This document shows, piece after piece, positions 1 to 9,853 of a stretch of 64,000 nt of DNA. The notes beneath the pieces are model-generated. The model ran no database searches and had not been told where the DNA came from. It was given only the letters and a program-made list of their open reading frames with translations. Origin of the DNA: Azolla caroliniana (Eukaryota > Plantae > Polypodiophyta); assembly GCA_043228905.1 (NCBI GenBank), contig JBHGNT010000049.1:1-64000 (forward strand), given 5' to 3'. The first letter of the stretch is position 1; each line of letters opens with the position of its first letter. The position numbers and the translations under genes were made by a program.

Positions 1-490
1 ACTTGGCTGTCCTGCCGCCGCTTTCCGTTCCTGTTCTGCCATCGTTTGGCGTCATTGTCGTCTCTGTCGGCCCTGTCCGGCCATTCTATGGTCTGCCATC
101 TCTGTCCAGATGTCTCTATTCTTTACGACCATCGGTTGTCTGGCCGCCAACACCTCTTGTGCTTCTTCTTTTCCTTCCCTTCCTTCTTCTCTTCTTCATC
201 TTCTTCTTCTCTTTCATCATTGTCGATTGTATGTTCGTTTGTTGGCCGCCACTGTTCGGCCGCAATCGGGGCACTGCTCCAACTATCGTTGTTCGGCCGC
301 CTCGTCCCTGTCTCCCTCACTGTTGTGGTCGGTCGTCCCTTCGTCTTTCCGGTCGTTTTTGTCGTTTGTCCGGTTGTCCGGTCCGTTCTGGTCATTGCTT
401 TGTCACTGTGCCGACCGTTACCACTCTGGTTGTCTCTCCATCTCTGCAACCGTCCCGTCATCTTCCGTCTTCATCACCGTTCTTTACCCA
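1..490. mobile_element. Probable end of another element inserted into the 5' LTR of the gypsy (continues beyond the window start)
   Basis: Identity with the 3' LTR stops abruptly at ~490. This CT/CG-rich block ends in ...TTTACCCA (TG start on the minus strand) and is followed by TTAAT, where the 3' LTR reads GGAA-TTAAT. No credible protein. A deletion in the 3' LTR is an alternative explanation. Confidence 0.45.
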
Positions 491-868
491 TTAATTAGAT
501 GGTTGTAAATGAGCATAGTGTGGACGGACGGACTGGAAACGGTATGCCGTTCCAGATCCGGACGGATCCCGAATAGGTGCGAGAGACACCGTTTTGTAAT
601 ACGGGCCGGAAACCTATTTAAAGGCCCGGACCCCATTGTAATGACAGCGGATAATTAATAGAGCTTATGATGTTTGTATTTCTGTCTTGATTTCCGTTCT
701 GTAATTACTGTTATATCTTACGCGTGTAATTAACCAAAGCAATCTAATCGTGTAACCTACGTAAGTCGGTGTAATCGTTGAATCTTAATCCTATGCCGTA
801 ATCACCCTTTGGTGAAGTGTCTCCGTGACACCTTGTGTTAGGCCTTGTCCGGCTAAGAGAATAACACA
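491..868 (+). repeat. 5' LTR of the gypsy (3' portion)
   Basis: By eye identical to 9890-10267 (378 bp). Ends ...TAACACA. Contains TATA-like CTATTTAAAG at ~614. The end could be 866 rather than 868. Confidence 0.92.
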
Positions 869-872
869 GTTT

Positions 873-882
873 TGGCGACCAC
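873..882 (+). promoter_or_regulatory. Primer-binding site, probably tRNA-Arg(UCG)
   Basis: TGGCGACCAC just after the LTR is complementary to the 3' end (…GUGGUCG-CCA) of plant cytosolic tRNA-Arg(UCG) as I recall it. Confidence 0.65.
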
Positions 883-917
883 GATTCCTGCTTACTCGCA
901 GCGAACGACGGTAATGG

Positions 918-3900
918 ATGACTAGACCAACGCACGACTTGGTTACAAACCGAGCTCGACGCATCGCCGAACGGCAAAGACGGCGTGAGACTTTCCAGCA
1001 AGCAGCGCAGGAAATTCGCTCGGATCGTTCGTTCTCCAACGAGATCCGGAGAGTCGCGGAGGAATCTCTCCGGTTACGGCAAACTCGCAACCAGGACGAC
1101 GGAAGGAGTCTAAGTAGTCTCCGGGAAACCGAACGACTCCTGGAGGCGCTGGCAAGCGGAGAAAACGAGGCAGAAGCCTTTTCAGCCTACGAATCGGATT
1201 CCGAAGGGGGATACAGCGTGCACACGAACTACCGGAGCAGCAACGATACCCCCGGCGGCCCGGAAGACGACGGGTCGGATAACGTGCCGACTCCAGAACC
1301 GGAACCGCTCAACCAGGGCTATCCGGAACCGCAAACGGAAGCCGTCAACCCACCAACACCGGAAGTGGAACAAGCAAAGCCACCAACACCAACGACAGGG
1401 CCGGCAAAGGTACCGGAAGAAGAGCCGGAAAAAGAACCGGAAGAAGGACCGGCAAAAGAACCGGAAGTGGAACCGGAGAAAGAACCGGAAAAATATCAAC
1501 AAACGCCACTAAACCGCGGCTTAATACTGGACGACGACATGCCGTTCCAATACTCAAAGTACCGCGATGATCCGGATGCGGAAGCACATGTGGATGACTT
1601 CGAGCAGACATGGGAAGCAAATCACACGTCCCAGCGAATGACACCGGAGGAAGAAGAACGCTCGAAGATAGCGGAATTCGGAGTCACGTTGGAGGGACCA
1701 GCGACACGATGGCGGCGGTCGCAGGACCCGGCGACCATCACAACATTTGCAGAATTAAAAGCAAAATTCTTGCATTTTTTCCACAAGGAGGTCGACCAGA
1801 CGACAATGGTGGGGCTGTTTTATACGATCCGGCAGGAGGCAGGGGAAAGCATTCCCCAATTCGTCATCCGTTTCCAACGAATGCATAGCCAGCTTGCCCG
1901 TGCACCCCCGGAGGAGGAATTACGGACGATATTTTTAAACGCACTCCGGGAACCGTTACGCACGGTGTGTACGGTAATCGACTTTCGAGGATGCACCATC
2001 GATCAGGTCATTGACCGGGTCAGAGAAATGGAAAAGACAAGCTCATGGCTTACGCTGGGAACACTGCAACGGGCGTTACCCACCGAGGAAGATCTCCGGT
2101 TCCGGCAGGCAATTCAATGCACAATCTGCTTGAATGCCGGACACTCGGCAGTAGAGTGCACCATGCGCACTCAGTGTGTGATTTGTCAATCCAAGAGTCA
2201 TACAACGGACCGGTGCGAGTACAACCTGTTAAATCGACAAGCACCACCCGTCCGACGGATCGAGCCAAGAAGCAGCCGAGACGAAGATGACGATCGTTGG
2301 CAAAGAGGGAACCGGTACCCACCGGCACAAGATATCCGGTACGGAGACAGGCAAGAGAATGATGGCCGGTACGGGAATCGGCGTGATAACTACGACCGGA
2401 ATGAGCGATCGGACCGTTATCGAGAGCCCAACAGGCGACACGAGCAATACGATAGAGACCATTCCCCTGGTTACCGAAGGCACCAGGAGGACTACGGCCG
2501 ATTTTACGATCCACCACGACCGGACTACCGAAATAAGAATAAGAATAATAAGAAACGTAACTTCAAGAAAGGTGGTCACCCTAGGGACCCGGAACATGGA
2601 ATCCCAAGGAGCCAACCGGCACAGAACGCACCACTCGCTACGGGACCAACTCCGGCTACCAGCAATGCTGAATCCAGCAATACCCGTAAAGAGTACTGCT
2701 ACTACTGCAGGCAGGAAGGCCACTACAGTAACCAGTGCCCGGTAAAGAGCTACGAGAAACGACCAGCAGTTAATATGGTGGTTCCGGAAGTGACGGATGT
2801 ACAGCAAGTAACCACACGGTCGAAAGGCATGGCCAAAGAGTGGGAAACACAAGAGGCCATACGAAAACAGGCGACGGAATGGGTGAAGGAAGCCAATGAA
2901 AAGAACGTCGCGGACGCGGAACGCCAAAAGGCAAATACCATAGGGAGTGCCGGCGGTAGCCACCCAGAAAACGAGACATGGCAAGCACTGCAAGAATGTC
3001 AGATCACGTTGCCGTTAGGAAGACTCTTGCAGCTCGTGCCGCGATTTACGGAAGGGCTCAGAACGGGCATGACAGACGGCATAGCCCCACCAGCACCAGT
3101 CCTCTTCTCGAACCCGGAAGAGGGACCGACGGTAGTGGACACTAGCAGTCCGGTGATTACAGCTATTGTCAAAGGGCACGAACTTCCCGGCACAGTAATC
3201 GATGGAGGTTCCGGGGTGAACGTAATAAGCCTCCGTACGTGTGATGCCTTGGGTATACATGAATGGGAGCCATGCCCGTTCTGGCTACGGATGGCGGATA
3301 CGAGCTCGGTACGGCCGACGGGCTTAATACGGAAATTGGAAGTCACCATAGGAGGCCACACATTTCACATCTCGGCTGTCGTGCTGCAGCTACAGGCGCA
3401 AGGCGCGTACCCGCTGTTGCTGGGCAGACCATGGTTGAAAACAGCACACATCAAGCAGAATTGGCGGAAAAATATGATTACCTTCCGGCGCGGAAAAGCC
3501 AAGGTCCGGGTTCCGACACAACCACGGACGAGCAACGGTAAGGAATGCACACCGCTGTACGCGGAATGTGTGAACATGCTTGAAGGATTGGCAGACGACG
3601 AAGAAGCCCAGTACTTGGAGGAACATCCGAAGATCGTACCACTCTTCGAGATCGACATAGCTGAAGCCGTAGCCGCATACTTGCCGCAGCGGGACGACAC
3701 CGAAGCCGAACCAGACAAAGATGCGATTCGGGAATTACGGCAAGCACAGGAAGCGTTGGAACGGGAAATGGCCGTTTCCCAACGGGTAAAAGCATCCCAG
3801 CTCGACGAAGTGAACCTAGGAAGCAACGACGAATCAAAGCCTGTACACATCGCCAAAGAAATGAAGCCGGAAGATAAAGCGGCGATGATCAAACTTCTCA

Positions 3901-6782
3901 CGGAGTTTCGCGACGTATTCGCCTGGTCATACGAAGACATGCGAGGGCTGGACCCTCAATTATATCAGCATCAGATCCACTTAGGTAAGGACGCGAAACC
4001 AGTGGCGCAACGACGTTACCGAATGAACCCCAACTACGCCGCCAAAGTGAAGGAGGAAATCGACAAACTCCTAAGAGTGGGCTTCATCCGGCCGGTAAAG
4101 AAAGCGACGTGGCTAAGCCCCATCGTCGTCGTCCCCAAGAAGAACGGTAAAATCCGTGTGTGCGTAGATTACAGGAAACTAAATGCCGCCACAATTACGG
4201 ATGCATTCCCTCTTCCGTTCACGGACGGAGTACTGGATGCCGTCGCCGGTCATGAAGTTTATAGCTTTCTAGACGGGTTCAGCGGGTACAATCAAATTCG
4301 GATGCACCCGGACGACCAGGAGAAGACAGCGTTCGTCACCGAATGGGGGGTGTTTGTGGCCGAAGTCATGATGTTCGGCCTAAAAACGGCACCAGCAACG
4401 TTCCAGCGAATCATCATGGAGATCTTCGGCGAATACATTCCTGCCTTCATGCAAGTTTTCCTGGATGATTTTGCAGTCTATAGCCGGGGAAAAGACCACT
4501 TGCAGCACCTCCGGTTATGCCTTGAAAAGTGTAGGTTATACCGGCTAAGCTTAAATCCAGCGAAATGCATCTTTGGAGTTTCAAGTGGAATATTGCTGGG
4601 ACACATTGTCAGTAAGGAGGGCATTGCGGTCGACCCGGACAAAGTAAACGCCATACTAGGGGCACCGGCACCGAAAACAGCCAAAGCACTAAGCCGATTC
4701 TTAGGACAGATCCGGTGGCACAGCCGGATGCTCCGTCACTTGGCTGATTTGGCTACACCACTACACACCGCGGTACATCGGACACCGTTCCAATGGACGG
4801 ATACGGAGGATAAGGCATACAATGCCCTGAAGGTACTTTTATCGCAAGCACCCGTCGTGCAGCCTCCGGATTGGAGCAAGGAATTTCACGTGTTCGTGGA
4901 CGCGTCCGACATCGCGATTGGCAGCGCCTTGATGCAGCTTACGGAGCCCAAATGGTACCGGCCGGTATATTACGCCAGCCGGAAGCTGTCCCAAGCGGAG
5001 AAGAACTATTCAACGACGGAACGGGAGGCCCTCGGCATGATCTACAGTGTCACAAAGTTTCGGCACTACCTATTGGGAAGGAAGTTCTCCTTTCATGTGG
5101 ATCACTCGGCGCTTCTGTACTTAGTGTCCAAGGCGTCCCTGACCGGTAAGTTGGCCCGTTGGACCTTGCTGTTGCAGGAGTTCGAATTCGAGATTTTCCA
5201 CCGGCCCGGTATCCAGCATGCCGTAGCAGACTACCTGAGCCGGTTAGAGTCCGGAGAACCAGGCGACGGAGTAGCGGATGAATTCCCGGACGCGGAGTTA
5301 TTCCGTATCACCCCGGAAACGGCAGCGGACGACACGGTGGCATCAGAAGATAAATGGCTGACAAACATGCACCAGTTCCTAAGCACGGGCCTGCCACCGG
5401 AGGAAATGAACCGGGACGAGAGGAAACGACTGGCGGTGCAGAGCCGCAATTTCTGTCTATTACGGGACACTCTCTACCACAAAGGAGCAGATGGAATATG
5501 GAGACGGGCAGTCCGTAGTGACGAGAAAGAAGTAATCTTACGGGAAGCACACTGTGGGGTTGCCGGAGGACACTATGCCGGGGAAGCGACGGCAAGAAAG
5601 GTATGGCACAGCGGCTTATGGTGGCCCACGACGCTAAAAGATGCCGTCAAGTATGCTAAGGAATGTGACCTATGCCAACGAATGGGCCAGCCTACGGAGC
5701 AAGCACGGATGCCACACCAACCGGTACTTCCACTAGAGCCATTCCAGAAGTGGGGATTGGATTTTGTCGGACCGTTCAAGCCACCGGCAATGAGAACGGG
5801 TAATCGTTATGTCATCGTGGCAACGGATTATTGCACGAAATGGGTGGAAGCTAAGGCCCTGAGAGACAACACCGCGTCATCCACAGCAAAATTCCTGTAT
5901 GAGAACATTTGGTGCCGATATGGATGTCCGATTGAACTGATCAGCGACCAAGGAGGGCATTTCCTCGGCCAGGTAGTGGAAAGCTTAACAACGTTCTATG
6001 CCGTGGTCCATAAAAGAAGCACACCGTATTACCCACAGGCGAACGGGTTAGCAGAGTCCACCAACAAAACGCTGCAGAACATTCTCCGCAAAATTGTCAA
6101 TGAAAACCGGACGGACTGGGACACAAAGCTCCATAGTGCGCTATGGGCGTACAGAACGGCATACAAAACGAGTATCCGGACAACGCCGTTCCGGTTAGCA
6201 TTCGGCTTAGAAGCGGTCATGCCGGTCGAGTTTCAGGTACCAAGCTTACGGATCCAACTACGGGAACGGCTGAATGAAAAGAAGTCGGAGGAAATACGGC
6301 TAGCAGCACTATGCGAACTGGAGGAGCAACGGCTGGCCAGCATCCTCCACATGGAACTGGAGCAACGACGACGGAAGGCGTTCGTTGACCGTCACCGGAA
6401 AGGTAACGAAAAGATGTTCGAAATCGGAAAGCCGGTTCTAGTATTCCAAACGAGGATGGGCAAAATGCCGGGTAAACTCCGGTTCAGATGGACAGGCCCG
6501 TATTGGCTGACACGGGAATACAACGGGTCCTATCAGATAGGGACACTTGCCGGTGAAGTACTAGGCAAGTGGGTGAATGGATTTCGACTAAAGCCCTATA
6601 AAGGACCGATGCCAAAGAACCCGTTTATGCAGCGCACCGGCACTACACCAGGAACCTGTCCGGGATCGGTACGGATTGATCCGGAAGACAAAGACGACGG
6701 GGAACCCGTAGTAAATACGAAGGAAGACACGGCAACCCGTAAGGAAAACGGTCAGGGTCCGGAGGGACCTACGGATGTGTAA
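918..6782 (+). CDS. Ty3/gypsy Gag-Pol polyprotein (1954 aa, single frame)
   Basis: Retrotransposon gag; three CX2CX4HX4C knuckles; protease VIDGGSGVN; RT with VDYRKLN, LDGFSGYNQI, MMFGLKTAPATFQR and FLDD; RNase H DASD; integrase HHCC, WGLDFVGP, ISDQGGHF, GLAESTNK and GPY motif. No chromodomain. Confidence 0.97.
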   Translation: MTRPTHDLVTNRARRIAERQRRRETFQQAAQEIRSDRSFSNEIRRVAEESLRLRQTRNQDDGRSLSSLRETERLLEALASGENEAEAFSAYESDSEGGYSVHTNYRSSNDTPGGPEDDGSDNVPTPEPEPLNQGYPEPQTEAVNPPTPEVEQAKPPTPTTGPAKVPEEEPEKEPEEGPAKEPEVEPEKEPEKYQQTPLNRGLILDDDMPFQYSKYRDDPDAEAHVDDFEQTWEANHTSQRMTPEEEERSKIAEFGVTLEGPATRWRRSQDPATITTFAELKAKFLHFFHKEVDQTTMVGLFYTIRQEAGESIPQFVIRFQRMHSQLARAPPEEELRTIFLNALREPLRTVCTVIDFRGCTIDQVIDRVREMEKTSSWLTLGTLQRALPTEEDLRFRQAIQCTICLNAGHSAVECTMRTQCVICQSKSHTTDRCEYNLLNRQAPPVRRIEPRSSRDEDDDRWQRGNRYPPAQDIRYGDRQENDGRYGNRRDNYDRNERSDRYREPNRRHEQYDRDHSPGYRRHQEDYGRFYDPPRPDYRNKNKNNKKRNFKKGGHPRDPEHGIPRSQPAQNAPLATGPTPATSNAESSNTRKEYCYYCRQEGHYSNQCPVKSYEKRPAVNMVVPEVTDVQQVTTRSKGMAKEWETQEAIRKQATEWVKEANEKNVADAERQKANTIGSAGGSHPENETWQALQECQITLPLGRLLQLVPRFTEGLRTGMTDGIAPPAPVLFSNPEEGPTVVDTSSPVITAIVKGHELPGTVIDGGSGVNVISLRTCDALGIHEWEPCPFWLRMADTSSVRPTGLIRKLEVTIGGHTFHISAVVLQLQAQGAYPLLLGRPWLKTAHIKQNWRKNMITFRRGKAKVRVPTQPRTSNGKECTPLYAECVNMLEGLADDEEAQYLEEHPKIVPLFEIDIAEAVAAYLPQRDDTEAEPDKDAIRELRQAQEALEREMAVSQRVKASQLDEVNLGSNDESKPVHIAKEMKPEDKAAMIKLLTEFRDVFAWSYEDMRGLDPQLYQHQIHLGKDAKPVAQRRYRMNPNYAAKVKEEIDKLLRVGFIRPVKKATWLSPIVVVPKKNGKIRVCVDYRKLNAATITDAFPLPFTDGVLDAVAGHEVYSFLDGFSGYNQIRMHPDDQEKTAFVTEWGVFVAEVMMFGLKTAPATFQRIIMEIFGEYIPAFMQVFLDDFAVYSRGKDHLQHLRLCLEKCRLYRLSLNPAKCIFGVSSGILLGHIVSKEGIAVDPDKVNAILGAPAPKTAKALSRFLGQIRWHSRMLRHLADLATPLHTAVHRTPFQWTDTEDKAYNALKVLLSQAPVVQPPDWSKEFHVFVDASDIAIGSALMQLTEPKWYRPVYYASRKLSQAEKNYSTTEREALGMIYSVTKFRHYLLGRKFSFHVDHSALLYLVSKASLTGKLARWTLLLQEFEFEIFHRPGIQHAVADYLSRLESGEPGDGVADEFPDAELFRITPETAADDTVASEDKWLTNMHQFLSTGLPPEEMNRDERKRLAVQSRNFCLLRDTLYHKGADGIWRRAVRSDEKEVILREAHCGVAGGHYAGEATARKVWHSGLWWPTTLKDAVKYAKECDLCQRMGQPTEQARMPHQPVLPLEPFQKWGLDFVGPFKPPAMRTGNRYVIVATDYCTKWVEAKALRDNTASSTAKFLYENIWCRYGCPIELISDQGGHFLGQVVESLTTFYAVVHKRSTPYYPQANGLAESTNKTLQNILRKIVNENRTDWDTKLHSALWAYRTAYKTSIRTTPFRLAFGLEAVMPVEFQVPSLRIQLRERLNEKKSEEIRLAALCELEEQRLASILHMELEQRRRKAFVDRHRKGNEKMFEIGKPVLVFQTRMGKMPGKLRFRWTGPYWLTREYNGSYQIGTLAGEVLGKWVNGFRLKPYKGPMPKNPFMQRTGTTPGTCPGSVRIDPEDKDDGEPVVNTKEDTATRKENGQGPEGPTDV

Positions 6783-6799
6783 GGTCACACACCGTCATT

Positions 6800-6824
6800 A
6801 AAAAAAAAAAAAAAAAAAAAAAAA
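6800..6824 (+). repeat. A25 homopolymer between pol and ORF2
   Basis: TCATT-A25-TCATT-A5 directly after the pol stop codon. Confidence 0.9.
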
Positions 6825-7151
6825 TCATTAAAAATCGAGGTATGAACGGGTGTGAAAGCGAGGCGCGAAAAGGTACGTAGTGGGCATTTAAGAGACGCCA
6901 CGCTACTTAATACTAAATTAGTACACGACGTGTGCATGCTCGAAAAAGGCGCCAAAACGCACAAAGAAGAAGCAGAACGCATGGAGACCTTTTCATTTCG
7001 CGAGCCAAGAAGCACAGAAGCACCAAGACAGTGGAAGCTGAGCAAACGCGAACCTGCACGCAGAGAACCCCCGCGCTCAGAACGCTCTCTCTCTCGCTCT
7101 CACTCTCATCACCACTCTACTTCGCCATCTTCCCTCGACCCTGAAGCAGAC

Positions 7152-9803
7152 ATGGAACCACAAACGCTGTCGGAAGCGGCCAGGAAATGGTTCAGGCAAA
7201 ACGGACTGGAGGGGTTCTTGGCCATCATGGAGGCACCGCCGCACAGAGAAGCAGACCGGATCATCAAGGAGCTCGCCACAGAGGTCATCACCGAGGAAGC
7301 GATCCGCGCGCTAACAGGCCTTCCGGAGGGAGGAATCTTTCAGATCGATAACCCAACCTCGGAGCAACTCACCCGATATTTCGGTGAGTACTCTGTTGCC
7401 GGCAAAGGCTATCGGACGCAGGGCGGCGAAGATCCGCTATTCAGGGAGATAGCTCGAGTGCTCCATGAGTACGGTCACGTGTACCCCCGACCCCCTGTCA
7501 TGCCAAAAAATCGGGCAGGGATGATCATAGCCACCTATGAAGGGGTCAAGGTGGACTGGCCGGTGTTGATTGCAGACGGGTTGTGCATGGCAATCGACAT
7601 GGTACGAGGGAAGGACGGCAAGGAGGGCCGGAAGCTGTGGCACGCCGTAGCTCAATGGATAACATTGCTCGTGCCGCCGGTCGAGACCGCCCAGCCAAAG
7701 AAGCGGCCAAGAGTATCGGAAGGAAGCACCTCGAAGCCGGCGTCCAAACGACAGCAGCTGCTGGCGTCGAAGGCGACGAAAGGGAAGAAACGGGTCCCAG
7801 AACCGGAGGAGGTGTCACCGGTCCGACCCGTCAAGATAACCTTACGGAGACCAGGACAGAAGGAACCGGAACCCTTGACGGCACAGAAACATGCCGTGAC
7901 ACAGGAAGAGGAAACGGAGGAGCCAGAAGAGCACCTCCAACGACGGTCGAGAAGTAGGACCGCCGAGACAGGAGGGGAGCGGTCGTACCCGCGAGAGGCA
8001 GAAACGCCCCCAACTCAACCTGAGCAAACCACAAGGGAAGAACCGGAACCGGTGCATAGGGAACCGGTCTTGGCGACTTCTATAGAAGAAGTCATGCCAA
8101 CGGCTGCGGAGACGGCGGGAACCGGAACGCAACAGCCGGCGAGCACAGCCAGCACACACGGCGGCCAAGGAGTAGAACCAGAACGGCATATGCAGGCACT
8201 CAGGCCAGACAAGTCCACAGGGAATGAGCCGACCCGGCCAGTACAGCAACAAGGCACCAGTAGCATGTGGCTACGATGGGTAGGCGAGCAAATCGCCGGA
8301 GTGGTGGAGTATATAGAGGCGGAAGAGAGAACGCACCAGGAACGGTTGCTCGTCACAACCGTAGATCTAGAGACGGCCCGGTCCAGAATCCGGAGCCTTG
8401 AACAAGACTTGGACAGGGTCACAAGGGAAACACAAGTCCAAGCACCGGTGACTCCGGGCAATGTACAGAATAAAGTATCAAATCAACCTGTACATAGCAA
8501 TCAGACCCCGGCAACGGAAACCGTTCCGGAGAGAAATGCGGCACAAGCCCAAGAGCTTGCGGATTTAAAGGATGAGCTAGCTGCCCAAGAAGCGCTGAGG
8601 AGCCGCGAAAGAGAATTGAAGACGGCAGCGGAGGCAGAACTCAAAAAGACTGCTGAGAATCTACGCCGTGCCGAGGAGAGCTTACGGAAAGGCCATCAAG
8701 CATACGACCGGCTCAAGGAGGAAAAGGAGAAAATGCTGCAAGAGAAGGACAAGCTCCGGAGGAACGCCGAAACAGAAGTAGAGGGCCTGAAAGAGGAACT
8801 CCGGCAGGTAAAGGACCGGGAGGACCGGAACCATCGCCAAATCAACGGCAAGCTCAAACAAAAAACGGAGGAATTTGAGCAATTGCACCGGGAGTATAAA
8901 CGGTTGCAAACGGAGCACAAGGAACGAACGGATGAGCTCCGGCAAGCCGTTGATCGGACCGCAACCGCATTCGCCAAGGAACAAGCGGAAAACAGAAGAC
9001 GGTTGGAAGAGGCGGAGAAGGTTCGGACAGAGCTCCTCAGGCAACAGCAGGCGGAAAAAGAAAGAGCGGCGGAGGTACTGCAGAGGCTGCAAACGACATA
9101 TCAAGGGCAGCTGACGCGCTACAGGGAGCAGGCGGAGGATACGGCAAACCTCATCAAGCAGTTGAAGGAGGAGCGACAAGTGGTGGAAAGCAGAGCACAG
9201 ATGGGAGCAAGTCGCATCCAAGATATAATGCGGGCCTGGTTGAACCAGACCAAGAGCTTGATTGACAACAGTTCAGTCAAATGGTGGACCAAGTGGGCCA
9301 CGAACGCGGCGGAACTCCAATTACTCCGGGCTGACGTAGAGAACCGGCGGAAGGAGGCAGATGATTGCTATATGCTGACTTCCGAAGACTTCACCGGCAT
9401 AAGAGATGAGCTGGCCGAAGACTTTCAAGCCTTGGCAGAAGACCAATTAGAGCAAGTCCGGCAACTTGTAGCTCAGCTGGACGACGACAGGCTGGAGGCG
9501 CAGATCCAGTTTGAAAGCTACGAGAGGTCCCGGATCCGGGGAGAGAAAGAACGAGAACCAGTTACGGTCAACCTCAGTGATGAGGAACCGTTACTGGAAG
9601 GAGACCGGACCGGAAGCAGTCAAACGGAGATGCCGGAGCCAGAGAAACAAATGGGGCACCAGCAGCAAGCAGAGCAGCCGGAGCAACCTCAGTCACAACC
9701 GCAATCACAGCAGCAGCAGCAAGCACAGCCGCAACAACCACAACCGAAAGAACAAGCGGAAATTCTTGAACCAAGTATTTTGGACAATTTGGGTGAACAA
9801 TGA
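7152..9803 (+). CDS. Retrotransposon additional 3' ORF: plant transposon/PMD-like N-terminal domain, basic NLS-like motifs, long coiled coil (883 aa from ATG 7152; frame open from 6852)
   Basis: Stop-free for ~2.95 kb. ITEEAIRALTGLPEGG and GVKVDWPVLIADGL resemble plant mobile domain / Transposase_32-type motifs. KKRPRV and KGKKRV are basic. E/K/R/Q heptad-rich region at ~8300-9540; Q/P-rich tail. Start codon uncertain (other in-frame ATGs at 6936 and 6981). Confidence 0.85.
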   Translation: MEPQTLSEAARKWFRQNGLEGFLAIMEAPPHREADRIIKELATEVITEEAIRALTGLPEGGIFQIDNPTSEQLTRYFGEYSVAGKGYRTQGGEDPLFREIARVLHEYGHVYPRPPVMPKNRAGMIIATYEGVKVDWPVLIADGLCMAIDMVRGKDGKEGRKLWHAVAQWITLLVPPVETAQPKKRPRVSEGSTSKPASKRQQLLASKATKGKKRVPEPEEVSPVRPVKITLRRPGQKEPEPLTAQKHAVTQEEETEEPEEHLQRRSRSRTAETGGERSYPREAETPPTQPEQTTREEPEPVHREPVLATSIEEVMPTAAETAGTGTQQPASTASTHGGQGVEPERHMQALRPDKSTGNEPTRPVQQQGTSSMWLRWVGEQIAGVVEYIEAEERTHQERLLVTTVDLETARSRIRSLEQDLDRVTRETQVQAPVTPGNVQNKVSNQPVHSNQTPATETVPERNAAQAQELADLKDELAAQEALRSRERELKTAAEAELKKTAENLRRAEESLRKGHQAYDRLKEEKEKMLQEKDKLRRNAETEVEGLKEELRQVKDREDRNHRQINGKLKQKTEEFEQLHREYKRLQTEHKERTDELRQAVDRTATAFAKEQAENRRRLEEAEKVRTELLRQQQAEKERAAEVLQRLQTTYQGQLTRYREQAEDTANLIKQLKEERQVVESRAQMGASRIQDIMRAWLNQTKSLIDNSSVKWWTKWATNAAELQLLRADVENRRKEADDCYMLTSEDFTGIRDELAEDFQALAEDQLEQVRQLVAQLDDDRLEAQIQFESYERSRIRGEKEREPVTVNLSDEEPLLEGDRTGSSQTEMPEPEKQMGHQQQAEQPEQPQSQPQSQQQQQAQPQQPQPKEQAEILEPSILDNLGEQ

Positions 9804-9853
9804 AGGGGCCGAGAAGGGTTCGACGTACAAGGTACTGTCCCACGGGCGTGCCA

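Noticed and set aside
3-508. Overlapping 110-160 aa ORFs at the window start
   Set aside because: Low-complexity CT-rich sequence open in several frames, with no recognisable domain.
6852-9803. ORF2 as a retroviral env
   Set aside because: No signal peptide or transmembrane segment; it is hydrophilic and coiled-coil.
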